Virus record (IMG/VR): IMGVR_UViG_3300020084_000003 | Span: 124,001-188,000 of that record | Direction: 5' to 3' (one strand) | DNA length: 64,000 nucleotides | Made by a program: the position numbers and the translations under genes | Shown here: in pieces, positions 39,525 through 50,750 of the stretch | Position numbering within the stretch: position 1 is the stretch's first letter | Layout of the letters: every line of letters begins with the position of its first letter | The notes under the pieces: generated by a model | Seen by the model: the letters and a program-made list of their open reading frames with translations, nothing else | Database searches by the model: none | What the model was told of the DNA's origin: nothing

Positions 39525-39749
39525 TTAAGCAAACCTGATCTTAATATCATCGCCACTGTAATAAACTGCACGACAATTACCTTCCAGTTGTTCAAGGAAA
39601 TCATCTTCTGTGAAATTAACATTAATTCGCTCTGGTGTGAATACGACAACATGACCAGCTTCGTCGCGAACCCATAGATCACCATCACTATCCAAAAGAG
39701 CTACAATAAAATCACTTTCCGGGGTTTTTTCTGTTACTACTTTAAGCAT
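39525..39749 (-). CDS. Hypothetical protein, paralog of 52119-52343
   Basis: Shared 'A.LD.D.dLW...Y.GD.i.i.F'. Confidence 0.6.
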   Translation of the reverse strand: MLKVVTEKTPESDFIVALLDSDGDLWVRDEAGHVVVFTPERINVNFTEDDFLEQLEGNCRAVYYSGDDIKIRFA

Positions 39750-41075
39750 ATCTTATTCTCCTTTTTTATGGCGAATGATCGTGGGCTTCACTTCTTCTGG
39801 TTCAAAGTATTCTTTCAGGGCATTTGCCATCTTGATTGCATCTTCTTTATTAATGGAAATGCAATTATTTCGAACCCCATCACTGGTATGGGTTGATATA
39901 AACAAATCCCCGCCAAAATCTTCTAATACAATTGGATCACTATTATCATATTCTATTTTATAGATTTGTTCCATCATTCGCTCCTTTTTCCACGACAACG
40001 ATCTTTAAATGCGGGGTCTTCTTCGAATCTTTTCTTTAGCTTCTCTAATATCTCTTTACTGATCTTTATTCTTTCTTCTTCGCTCATGTCATCCATATAT
40101 CACCTGTCTTGTCCCTTGTCAACTCTTATCTTGCTTCTCTGCCTTCAACAAGACAAAACAGCTTTTTTTCGAGCTTTTTTTATTTCGTGGAAATTTTTGT
40201 TTTCTTCTACTTTTTTTCTTCGTGTTTGTGGCATTAATGTTACAGTGTGATTTTAATGTCACATCTCGAAAATTTTCTTCTAATTTTTTAGATTGGATAT
40301 TCACTTGTCTTGGTTTCTATCATTTCCTTGACTGTTGTTATTTTAAACAGTTTCTTCCATTCCTCTCCCAATACATCTAGATAGATTTCTGCACTATCTT
40401 TTGTATCGAATAGCAAAGCATCTTTATATAGATTGCTACACCGGCGAGTTTTTCCTTTAAATACCACAGGGCGAATAGCGAAGAATGTAATCAGTGATTT
40501 ATTGTATTGTGAATCATACCACAAAACATATTTTCCATCAAGATTTTCTGAGTAGTGGAAATCAATTTTTCTTTTCATCTTTGTTTCCTTTTTCTTCTTC
40601 ACTGAGTTGGATTTTTTATTTCTCTCAGTTTCGAGATTGCTTCTTCTAGTTTGTAGTAAACATCTGCATGAAAGTATGATTTGAATGAACTATCATATCC
40701 CCATGCGTCTAGTCTTAGATCATCCAGAGTTTCAATTACTTCTTCGATTTTATCCTTATCATTCATAGCGTGATTATCCTACAGTTTTTGACTTCTCCAT
40801 CAATAATTCTTTCGCCCCATTGCATCATTTCTTTTTGATATGATGCGAAGATTTCTTCTTCACCTACAACATAACTTTGATAATTTGCGATAGTTAAGAA
40901 TCCTTCGACAATCCTTGCTTTTTGCAATTCTATTTCATAGCTTTGACTATTGACTGATTGCAATGCATTCGCCACTTGTTTTGCAGTAACACGAATGTCC
41001 ATATGGTCATGCCAATAATCTTCCCAGATATGTCTCAGGTCCAGATGATTTAGATATTCCATTCTCTTTATCCTT

Positions 41076-41480
41076 TCACTCGCTGAAAATATTATTATTC
41101 ACAAAATTCAAAAAATTATCAAAGCTGAAACTAGTCTCTGCTGGTTTTTTATCGGGGTTTCTATTGGCAACTATGTCGTGATAGTGTTGAGCGTTTTGCA
41201 GAAAATGAATATCGAAAGCGACTTCTGCATGAGATTGGCAAATGGCTCTTTGGACATTTCTGCTGGAAACAGAACTGCCTTCCAAATCTTCATGGTAATG
41301 TTCATCAGCAATCATATGGCCCACAACACATTTTGTATCATTTTGCCCGCGATATTTACAGGTTGGTTTGTCTTCATCATTTTCTGGAATATATACAGAA
41401 AAGGTTGGAGCCGCTTTGATCTTGTCAAAAGAATTTTTGAGCAATTCAACAAGTTTGGGATCAATTTCACTTAGTGTCAT
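41076..41480 (-). CDS. Conserved phage hypothetical protein (CxYR...KCxVG...Q..HD)
   Basis: Motif pattern. Confidence 0.65.
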   Translation of the reverse strand: MTLSEIDPKLVELLKNSFDKIKAAPTFSVYIPENDEDKPTCKYRGQNDTKCVVGHMIADEHYHEDLEGSSVSSRNVQRAICQSHAEVAFDIHFLQNAQHYHDIVANRNPDKKPAETSFSFDNFLNFVNNNIFSE

Positions 41481-42043
41481 GGTTCATTATCCTTTTCAAA
41501 ATGTTTTGCTTTATATTCTTCCATCCATTTTGCTGCTGACGCCGCCTGTGCTTTCCATTTTGGAAGCCATTCATTCCACATATCTTCCTTGCCTTCCCAT
41601 TTTTCATTAATGGTAGGATTATAGTTTTTTAGATTTTCAATAATGGCGTCAATCTGATTGTCGCTATCATATGTTCCTTCTGCTGCACTGAAAATCTGGT
41701 GGCCCATTGAATTTCCCAAACCTTTAATTGTAGAAATTCCCACGACGCTCTCTGCCCAACATTGATAGCATGAACAAGGAAAAGATGTGCAATCTCCAAA
41801 ATGGCCTGATTTCAACGCTGCTTTAAATTCTTCAATTTCTTCTTTTGAAATGTCAGTATCAAGTGCCTTATAAAATTTTTCTTGTGCTTCTTGCGGGTCA
41901 ATTCTAAAACGAATGGGGTCACGATGATATTGCGCGGCAGTCCACAAACGATCATAGCTAATAAGATTTTCAATTATATTATCTTCACCCTCTTCAAATT
42001 CTATATAAGAATCTAGCGGGTTGTGCTTCCAAATTATTTTCAT
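41477..42043 (-). CDS. Hypothetical protein with an HxGDCxxxPCSCxxC putative Zn motif
   Basis: Cys/His cluster. Confidence 0.65.
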   Translation of the reverse strand: MKIIWKHNPLDSYIEFEEGEDNIIENLISYDRLWTAAQYHRDPIRFRIDPQEAQEKFYKALDTDISKEEIEEFKAALKSGHFGDCTSFPCSCYQCWAESVVGISTIKGLGNSMGHQIFSAAEGTYDSDNQIDAIIENLKNYNPTINEKWEGKEDMWNEWLPKWKAQAASAAKWMEEYKAKHFEKDNEP

Positions 42044-42905
42044 TCGATATCCAATTCTTCCTCTGACATGGGCCAGCCTTTGCCTATTTCACAATCAAAA
42101 TCCACAACATATGGATATATTCTAAGTTTATGATCTGCGTCCACAATCACACCTTTTGTCAATCTTTTCAGATTCATTCCATTTTGGTCTTCAATATCTG
42201 GTCCGACATAGCAGACTTTATCACCAATTTTCATGTTTTACTCCTTCAATACGGATTACTGTCTCCTGTCCATGATTCTATCATCCTTGACACTAGTGCA
42301 TCATAGCGCCAATGTCAAGGCAGTTTCTTCTCTGGCATTGTCAATGTTTCCTCGGCAATGGCAAGCAGGTCTATTGAAGTTTGCGTTGCATTTCTCAAAT
42401 TTTGCTTCGTCATTGGGGGCAAGGTGCTATCTGAACGATAGCAATTTATCTGAAAATTCGTCAGGTTCACCACTCCCGTTCTCAATATCTTTCTAGCCAC
42501 ATCATGATTCGTTTCAACTCCAAATTTGAAAAAATCTTTGATGCAAACTTGAAAGTTCCCTGCACTGGATTGTGCAGGGAATGACAGGGCAAATATCAAT
42601 AATAAAGATTTTAACATGGTTCACACAAAGTAAAGATAGCCGCCAGCATAGCAAATATAAGCATCTTTAGAAGGCTTATCATCTTCATACATATGTTGAT
42701 CGAAATGATCTTCCTGATAAAGAATAAGGTTTGGCTTATTGTCAAAATCAGTTTGGGCAGTATCGTTGCCCTGATATAATCCATATTCACCTTCCCAAAG
42801 GTCACAGATTTCATTGAATTTATCAGAGTAATCGTGACCTAGCTTTGCCAGTTCTTCGATGATTTTATTTGCATAATTCTTTGTATAAGTTTCATAATCC
42901 ATAAT

Positions 42906-43709
42906 TCAATCCTTTTTCCTTGCCAGCAAAGCATCATTTAGCATTTGAATGGTTTCTTCAATGAAAGAACGGATTCGATCAAGCTCTTTTTCCCATTTTC
43001 CCCGAACAAATTTTTCAGTGTCTCCGTCATATGGGAAATTATATGCTTCCGAAATTGCTGCGTAATATTCCTCGTCACTCATACCTTCCTTGCGATACTT
43101 AACAAAACGTTCTTCAAAATCGTCAATGCGACGTTCAAAGTCATAATCTGGTGAATCATAGTAGGTATCACAATGCAATGCAGGATGGCTAAAATAATAC
43201 CTCATATATTCGTAATATTCCATAGCAAACCGTAGCCATTCATCTGACATGAAGTCAACTACACCATCTTTCCAAATAATTGAATATTTTTTTGAAAAAT
43301 TAGAATAGGGTGAGATATGGTTTAGTTTCTTTTTTTCTACCCAATAGACTACTTCCGGCATAGATGCCTTTTCTTCTTTGGTATATAGCCCCTCCACCAT
43401 CGAGTCGAAAACTGGATACTTGAACCTATCTTTATATTCATCAGGAACATCCAAATCTTTAGATTTGTCTTCAATTTCTTTATACCCGTAGAAAAGAGAC
43501 TCATTGCTCACATATTTCTTGGGATATGGGCGAGTAGTAATTTTCCTGAAACGAATGGCTTCTTTAAATTCTTCAAGATCACGAATACCATTACCAATGA
43601 CATTGAACAGTTGATCCGCAACCTTCATTTCAGAAATTGTAACGGAATTTGAAGTATAAATGATAGGATATAGGTTCATGCTGTTGTTAATATACTGCTT
43701 AGGCGTCAT
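42906..43709 (-). CDS. Hypothetical protein
   Basis: Long ORF with an AGGAG RBS before MKFMT. Confidence 0.7.
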   Translation of the reverse strand: MTPKQYINNSMNLYPIIYTSNSVTISEMKVADQLFNVIGNGIRDLEEFKEAIRFRKITTRPYPKKYVSNESLFYGYKEIEDKSKDLDVPDEYKDRFKYPVFDSMVEGLYTKEEKASMPEVVYWVEKKKLNHISPYSNFSKKYSIIWKDGVVDFMSDEWLRFAMEYYEYMRYYFSHPALHCDTYYDSPDYDFERRIDDFEERFVKYRKEGMSDEEYYAAISEAYNFPYDGDTEKFVRGKWEKELDRIRSFIEETIQMLNDALLARKKD

Positions 43710-43790
43710 GAATTTCATGTTTTGATTCTCCTTCAATGGACTATGCCTTGACAGTATAGGAATCACTTCCACCTGTCAAGGCATAATAAC

Positions 43791-44144
43791 TCACTCGCCC
43801 GCGATTGCTTCGTCAAGTTTGGTATTGATTAGCGTTCGGACCTTACCAAAAACCTCTTGATTTTCTGGCGAAGTAATAACCATTTCACCGACCTCGGAGG
43901 CGGCAATCATATAAAGAGTGTCTTTGTTAGGGACTAGAATTGATAAAAATCCTGCTAAGGCGGCAACATACATGAACTTTACACCATACACTTTTTGTGG
44001 TTTTTCCTCCACACTATTATATAAAGCTGCGACAGCATTATAAATTACTAGTATTGTGGCAAGACCAATAGCAATTACGAGCAAGAATTGTGAAAATCCA
44101 GACGAAATGCTTGCAAGATAAAGAAACCAAGATAGCGTATTCAT
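43791..44144 (-). CDS. Membrane protein (phage 'PxKxTxYxIAASE' family)
   Basis: Two TM segments plus the motif. Confidence 0.7.
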   Translation of the reverse strand: MNTLSWFLYLASISSGFSQFLLVIAIGLATILVIYNAVAALYNSVEEKPQKVYGVKFMYVAALAGFLSILVPNKDTLYMIAASEVGEMVITSPENQEVFGKVRTLINTKLDEAIAGE

Positions 44145-44297
44145 AATTTATCCTTTCTGATAGTTTTTAAAATCTACAATTCCCTTGCGAACTCACTTAA
44201 TTTTCTTCGACATTTTTTTCTCCTGTCCCATATAGGCCAAAATTTTCTTCGACTTTTTTAGCAGCTACCAAAACGATATGAAACAAAATCGCCCATG

Positions 44298-44729
44298 TCA
44301 TTTCCACTTTTTATCTAGAGGTTTCAAACCACATTCCTCTGGACCATACTTTTTTTCAAAAAAGTCGTCCTTATGTTTTTGTGGCATGTTTAGAATTTTC
44401 CACGCTTTGATAAATCTAAATTTAGAAATAAGAGAAATAATTTCTTTTCTCAAGTTGTTTCTACCAAAACTCCATCCCTCTCCCCACTCAAATTCCTTCA
44501 TGTCGGGCCAGTGAATAAAACGAATGTTATCTGGAACATCGTCTTCCATTTTCATTTCATCATCTAGCCAATGAGTAGGGCCAAACTGAGGCATTTGTGA
44601 CCATCCTACCGGATAATGCGTATCGCCTTCATTAGCAGTAAAATATGCATCAGAGGCCATACGCCCACTATGTGAAACAATGTATCGTCCTGTTTTCTCT
44701 GGAAAGTCATCAATCCTGCGCCAAGGCAT
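44298..44729 (-). CDS. DUF551-like protein
   Basis: 'W......P...G.Y.V...PTHW' pattern. Confidence 0.55.
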   Translation of the reverse strand: MPWRRIDDFPEKTGRYIVSHSGRMASDAYFTANEGDTHYPVGWSQMPQFGPTHWLDDEMKMEDDVPDNIRFIHWPDMKEFEWGEGWSFGRNNLRKEIISLISKFRFIKAWKILNMPQKHKDDFFEKKYGPEECGLKPLDKKWK

Positions 44730-45627
44730 GTTGTTCTCCTTCTAGTTGTTGTGCCATTTTTGGACACGAAGTCCTTTTTCATTCAAGCCAAGAGTAGTGA
44801 AAACAGATTTCTTGTGAACAGTCCATAACATTCCCGGCACATAACTACGCTGACATTCAATTCCTTTGAACGTCGCTTTGTTAACCTTTGTCACAAGAAT
44901 ATGTGCGCCATGACCACCACGACCACGGACGCAGGGAACAAATATCATGCTCCCTACGCCCACAGGATGATTTTCACCACCAAGAACAATATTCATTTCA
45001 GGAGCATTCATCAAATATCCCCTTCCACTTGTTTCACAAACCGTTTACCATATTCAACCCAAACATCAAGGGGCAGATTTTTCAAATACATGACCATGAA
45101 AGACTCGTTCACGAAAATGTTCCGGTCCACATCGTCATACTGCATGACCCAATATCCACCTTCTCTGCCGGTCACTTTCCACATGTCAAAATGCGGATTG
45201 TCAACGGCCTTTTTGATTTTGCCAACAGTGACAGTCATGGCTACCTCTCTTGTGTTTCTATTCCACCTTGATAGCTGATTCGCCATCATCTGTCAACAGA
45301 GAATAGTCACGCGGGTTCAAATAGTCTGCTAGTTCATCTGTGTTGTTTTCTACAAGAATTCGGTTGGTTTCGTCCAGAATGTGATTGAACCACTCCGAAG
45401 AGATGCAACGAATGGTCTTTTCACCACCCTCAATAAAATGAAAGATATAGTTGATATCATTATCTTCAATTTTCTCAATGTCTTCATATTTCGTGCTAAA
45501 GATAGCGTTGCAGAACTGAATCATCTTCTCTTTATCTGTCATTTTGATATTGCCTTTCGTTCATAGGTGAAGCATTGATTGGTAGCACACTCACCAATCA
45601 ATGTCAATCTCTTATTCACCCGCAGGA

Positions 45628-46740
45628 TTATACGTCCCTTTCCTTGCCCCAGAAATAAGTAATAACTGGAAACCGCAATTTGCCTTCTTTAGTGATATCT
45701 GGAAATCTAACAGTAGCTTCACCAGAGATATACTTTTCTTTATTCTCTAGTCTCTCTTTATTTTGTGCAAACGTTCCTCTAATACCACTTTCTTGAACAA
45801 CACCATTCTTACGTCTAATAAGTGCAGATTTTGCACAACCAGCCCAATTACCTAGACCTTCAATCAGGTCCAATACTTCGACTTCTTCATCAATAAACTG
45901 CTTATGTTTAAGAAGAGATTTAGAACGATTTGATTCGTAATAACTGTCAGGATTGCGATACATCGCACCCTCATATCCGTTTTCTAGACATTTAGCCAGA
46001 TATTCCATTGCTTCTTCGTGATTGTTTACTATAGCAGTATCAACTTCACGAATATGTTCATATTGACCGTATACATTTTCTTTTAGAAATTCAATACGCT
46101 CCTTAACAGTCATAGGCTCTGGTGTGATAACGTCATACACATAAAAGAAAACGTTTTCCCGTGTTTCAAGTAAATCTGCATCAGTGATCTTTTTTGATTT
46201 TCGGATCATGCTCATTAGGCGTTCAAAATCATTTTTTAAATCATGGTTGTATAGTTCCCCATCCAGAATGTAATCTGGAAACTTCTCTTGAAAACTTTCA
46301 ATATCTTCAAGAATATGAGGACATGATACATGACGCTTACCTTTACGGGTCTGCAATGTAATGAAATCGACTCCCAATGCCCGTGATCCATCAAATTTTG
46401 GCTGTGCAATATAAGGAAAATTTGTAGTCTTTTTGGGATCATATTTTTCGGCAAGCATACATTCAACATATGAAGAGCCGTCTGAAATTGTATCTTCACT
46501 TTCATGATATTTACCCTGTGAAAGCTGATATTTGTATTGTGCTTCCACTTCTGCCAATACTTGCTCTTTAACAGATGTTGCGTTGGCTTTACCTACATTT
46601 TTAGGAGTTGGATATACCCAACCAGATTCGACACTCTTTCCATCCTTTAGACCAGATACGGTGCGATATTTTTCATCGTCATATTCCATGTGCCAGACAC
46701 GGGTTTTACCTGTCCTATCTTTCTTATAAAGCTTTTTCAT
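45628..46740 (-). CDS. lig: ATP-dependent DNA ligase
   Basis: Motif I 'QPKFDGSR', 'LDGELY', 'YVYDV', 'GYEGAM', 'LLKHK', 'LRFP'. Confidence 0.9.
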   Translation of the reverse strand: MKKLYKKDRTGKTRVWHMEYDDEKYRTVSGLKDGKSVESGWVYPTPKNVGKANATSVKEQVLAEVEAQYKYQLSQGKYHESEDTISDGSSYVECMLAEKYDPKKTTNFPYIAQPKFDGSRALGVDFITLQTRKGKRHVSCPHILEDIESFQEKFPDYILDGELYNHDLKNDFERLMSMIRKSKKITDADLLETRENVFFYVYDVITPEPMTVKERIEFLKENVYGQYEHIREVDTAIVNNHEEAMEYLAKCLENGYEGAMYRNPDSYYESNRSKSLLKHKQFIDEEVEVLDLIEGLGNWAGCAKSALIRRKNGVVQESGIRGTFAQNKERLENKEKYISGEATVRFPDITKEGKLRFPVITYFWGKERDV

Positions 46741-48008
46741 TATATACCTTTCACTGTAATATTTTTAGCATTGAATATCTCATGGCTGAATACATTTTGA
46801 ATAACATCATTCGAATTCACAGAAACTTTCAAATATTTAAATTCGACATTTGTATACTCAGGTTTTGAGGCAATCAACTCTCTTGTTTGCTGAATTGCAT
46901 CTGTCAGCCTAACATACACTGTAGCCCGCCCCTGATATGGCACCATGTCATTTTTATCAGAGTCGTAATAATTTTCTCTATTCCTATACAAAACTTTAAC
47001 ATCTTCTGCTTTGATGTAGAAATTATCAGTTACAATATAACCATCAATATCAACAGTTTTTGCCTTTAAATTAGTCTTATCTATAAAACTGTATGCCTGT
47101 TCCAGTTTGTTGTAATTGTGTGCATCAACACCCTTTTTTGTAATTTCAACAGATGGATGAATGCTTCCAGATAAATAGTATTTGGTGAGTTTTCCATCTT
47201 TAATATAAATTTTTGTATCAGAACCCATTTGAGCATAATGTATTTCTTCGTTTCTAAAACTTTTTCTGTGGATCAACCAATGCTCATAATCAACCATCTC
47301 TTTAAAGTATTTGTGAACTTTGGAATCTTCTTCATAATTAGCAGCAGAAAAGTCTGTCTCAGACAATACCTTGATTATGTTATCAAAGTTGAAGTCAATG
47401 CCTTCTGAATTGATACTAATTGTTCTTCCATAGAAACCACCTATCTGCATTTCCAAATCTTCCCAAGATTTAGGCAGGCCAGCATTGGCTATAGTTACGC
47501 CAATCTTTAGCATCTCGCCTTTGGACAAATGATAACCACGATGTGCGTATTTTTTTGTTCTGATAAGTGAGGCGTAGGGGAAATTGGTAGCCGTATTGAA
47601 GTTTAGATTGCGGCTTGCAACATCTTCAAAAAATTGTGGATGATAATGAAACTCCTTTGTGTCATAGTCATATGCTGCCATACAAACCGTGAAGTCAAAT
47701 GTTTCGAAAATCTTCTCTGGTGTGGCAAACTCGTCAAATACGATAAGTTGAATTATCAAGCGATTGCCATCATCAGTTTTGACCTGACTGGTTTTAAACG
47801 TAATTGATCGTTCTGTTTCAGACACAACCTGACAGCCTAATTCTTGAATCAGAAAATTGATTATTGATGCAATATCCTCTTTTTTCTTTGGATATAGGTC
47901 ATAATCTGCGACTTCTGTATTAGTCACGTGAGACAGTATCGCCCCACCAGCTAGAAAACAACCTTCCACTTCTATCAAAAGTGGCTTTTTAAGTTTCTTA
48001 TAAATCAT
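46740..48008 (-). CDS. Pol-beta-superfamily nucleotidyltransferase (CCA/poly(A)-polymerase-head-like)
   Basis: 'LAGGAI...ADYDLY' and 'FDFTVCMAAYD'. Confidence 0.7.
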   Translation of the reverse strand: MIYKKLKKPLLIEVEGCFLAGGAILSHVTNTEVADYDLYPKKKEDIASIINFLIQELGCQVVSETERSITFKTSQVKTDDGNRLIIQLIVFDEFATPEKIFETFDFTVCMAAYDYDTKEFHYHPQFFEDVASRNLNFNTATNFPYASLIRTKKYAHRGYHLSKGEMLKIGVTIANAGLPKSWEDLEMQIGGFYGRTISINSEGIDFNFDNIIKVLSETDFSAANYEEDSKVHKYFKEMVDYEHWLIHRKSFRNEEIHYAQMGSDTKIYIKDGKLTKYYLSGSIHPSVEITKKGVDAHNYNKLEQAYSFIDKTNLKAKTVDIDGYIVTDNFYIKAEDVKVLYRNRENYYDSDKNDMVPYQGRATVYVRLTDAIQQTRELIASKPEYTNVEFKYLKVSVNSNDVIQNVFSHEIFNAKNITVKGI

Positions 48009-48166
48009 AATATACCCTCAAATAAAAAAATCCCACATTACCTTTTCGGGGGGATAATGTGGGACTAAAATAAGTTTATATGCTAGTTCGTTTTTTATTT
48101 TTCAGGAGAGAAAATATATGACTTACATACCATATAAACGTGCCAAACAGCTAATAGTTCCCAATA

Positions 48167-48409
48167 TTATGCAAATCTTTTATTGAAACCTTCGGTTCCA
48201 AAGTAATCATCTTGCTCTAGTTCTTCAATAATGGCAACCAGATAGTCTTCAAAGAAATCGTTAAATTCCTCTTCGTTATTGTTGGCCCATCTTAGGAAGG
48301 CGTCAGGTTCACCGTCCCATAGTTCTTCCATGTGATTTTCAAATAGAATGATGAAATCTTCTTCGTTTTCATTGGCCCATTCTAGGAATTCTTCTGAGTA
48401 TAGATTCAT
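48167..48409 (-). CDS. Extremely acidic small protein with an internal repeat (possible DNA mimic)
   Basis: FLEWANENEEDF / FLRWANNNEEEF. Confidence 0.65.
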   Translation of the reverse strand: MNLYSEEFLEWANENEEDFIILFENHMEELWDGEPDAFLRWANNNEEEFNDFFEDYLVAIIEELEQDDYFGTEGFNKRFA

Positions 48410-48424
48410 GTTAGATACCTCGTA

Positions 48425-48868
48425 TTATAGAATATAAACAACTGGTGTGAAGTGTTTTGATTCGGATTCGATGATTTGTGAAATAACTTTCCACTCCCCT
48501 CCACCAAGGCCAGCACCAATAGCAGGCATTGCCACATGGCTTACACCATGAAACTCACACATTTCATCGACTTTCTTAATGCACTGAGCGATCCATTCAT
48601 AATTTACATAACGATGCCCATCACGACCAAAGCCATGCTGAGTAATGGCGTTTGCAATGACCTTCTCGTTTTCTTTAACAAATACAACCTCGCCGCCAAC
48701 ATCACCATGCGCTTCACAGTAACGGTTGTATTTTTTATAAGCGTTGGGATATTTTTCCCTAATGATTTTAGCAACGCCGCTACCCATGACGCCGCGATCA
48801 TTACAACCATGCATAATTACCTTATGATTTGTCGTGAACAAATCTCCTTTAACATATTCAATTTTCAT
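48425..48868 (-). CDS. Macro domain (ADP-ribose-binding/hydrolase) protein
   Basis: 'GDLF..HGCN..GVMGSGVA', 'MPAIGAGLGGGEW'. Confidence 0.9.
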   Translation of the reverse strand: MKIEYVKGDLFTTNHKVIMHGCNDRGVMGSGVAKIIREKYPNAYKKYNRYCEAHGDVGGEVVFVKENEKVIANAITQHGFGRDGHRYVNYEWIAQCIKKVDEMCEFHGVSHVAMPAIGAGLGGGEWKVISQIIESESKHFTPVVYIL

Positions 48869-49161
48869 TATTAATCTCCGTATATGAAATGTCTTCCAGA
48901 ACTCTATACCATGTGATTCGCTCTATGTCAACCTTATAAATTATCTCACCTTGACCAATTACACCATGTTTCTCGTTTTCATTCACTACAAGAGTATGAT
49001 GATCCGAATGTCGTTTTGTAATGAAAAGATGATCGTATTCCTTGTTGTTTATTCTTTTATTAATATAATCGACATACTTTTCAGTTCTGATTTTATTTTG
49101 TTTAATGTCACCATTACGCATGTAAAAGGTGAATATCATGTAATCTTTAACTGACATATAT

Positions 49162-49701
49162 TCATCCTTTCATTATATCTGCTCTAATTGATTTCTCGAC
49201 CAATGCTGTAGGATCATTTTCATCTGGAACCAATATAGCAATAACACTTGTCAAAACATAATCATCTTGGCGTTCAATGTTTCCGGTTGTCACAAGAATA
49301 TTTCTCATACCAATTACCTTACCACGACGCTTAATGAGATTGTCGCCCTTTACACGGGCAGCAGTGATATTTCTATAATCCCAATGTTCATTCTTTTGTC
49401 CACGTGTTGCAGTCACATAACGATATTCAGAGCCGCGAGATGTTTTAACTTTAACCCACATATGGGGCTTAACATTATCCCATACCACATCGCTGACCTG
49501 TTCTTTATTTACTTTTTTCTTCTCTCGCTCTGCTCTCATGCGATCAATTTCTTCCTGCCGTTCTTCTGCCAAAACGTCAGGGTTTTCTCTGGAAAATGCA
49601 TCTAGAGCATTTTTGGCTTCCATGTAAAATTTATGTGCGCCAAATGCAACATCACGAAGATGTTGCAATCTTTGCCTCTTTGTCATAACAACTTCATTCA
49701 T
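49162..49701 (-). CDS. Hypothetical protein
   Basis: 179-aa ORF within the operon. Confidence 0.6.
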   Translation of the reverse strand: MNEVVMTKRQRLQHLRDVAFGAHKFYMEAKNALDAFSRENPDVLAEERQEEIDRMRAEREKKKVNKEQVSDVVWDNVKPHMWVKVKTSRGSEYRYVTATRGQKNEHWDYRNITAARVKGDNLIKRRGKVIGMRNILVTTGNIERQDDYVLTSVIAILVPDENDPTALVEKSIRADIMKG

Positions 49702-50414
49702 GGATGCCTGCCACTTTATTTTGTTTCAGTGAATCAATTTTTGCTTGCATTTCATGAATTTGTTCCCAAAGAAGAACAACAGCCGCGCTAAGTGCATACA
49801 CCCCGGAATCTCCCGGTGTAATATCAATAGGTTTGGTAGGGATAACATGCTGCTTTCCATTAGCATCTACCATAGCAATAGATGTGATGAATTGGGTTTT
49901 TGAAATAAGTCGCCCTGATAGCAAAGAGCTTTCGTCCACATCTACTTTATTAGTATTCATTGTCATCTCCTATTAGTTTTTCCTGATCTTCCATAATGGA
50001 ATGCTGTTTGCTGGAAGGTTTTGTTTGGATGGGTTTCTTATTGCGTTTATTTTTAAAAATGTTTGAAGTATAGTTAATATATGTCATCACACCAAAACCA
50101 AATAGCAGAGCAAGTGTCGAAACAACTGCCATACTACCGTCTAGTGCGCTTCCACCCATGAACAACACCAACCAATTTACACCATATGCAATCGGAAAAG
50201 CCACAATAGCAAACAATCCTACAATGGCAAAAATTGCCAGCATGGCTTTTCCAGTTTCTTTAAAAGACGCAATAAGAATAGGGTCCATACCATTTACTCC
50301 TGTTTCATACCTAGACGATCAGCAATTTTTACAACTTCATTTAGATTAAGTTTTGCCCCGCCTAGCCATTCGCGCATCATACGCATATAGTTTGAATAAT
50401 CAAGGTCTTTCATA

Positions 50415-50750
50415 TCACGCACTCCTTTGTTTAATATAACTGTTCAGCAGACCTTCGATGTTACTCTTGCCGATAGGATTTTGAGAATGGACATAATACT
50501 CGAATTCATCAGGAATAAATTCTTGATCCTCATCCATGTCTTTCTCTACAATCCATTTGGCGATATCATAGCCAGTTTTACTTTCTTCTCCCAAATCGTG
50601 GTCAAAAGAGATAAATTCTGGGCAACCAAGAGATTCCATGATTTCCACCGCTTCTTCAAAATTACGGACAATAAGAATCATCTCTCCGTTTTTGAGCGCG
50701 GCAAGACGTTCATCATCAATAAACAGTCGATACTTGTAGCGGTCACTCAT
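50415..50750 (-). CDS. Cyclic-phosphate-processing receiver-domain protein
   Basis: 'LFIDDER', 'ISFDHDLGE', 'TGYD', 'VHSQNPIG'. Confidence 0.8.
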   Translation of the reverse strand: MSDRYKYRLFIDDERLAALKNGEMILIVRNFEEAVEIMESLGCPEFISFDHDLGEESKTGYDIAKWIVEKDMDEDQEFIPDEFEYYVHSQNPIGKSNIEGLLNSYIKQRSA

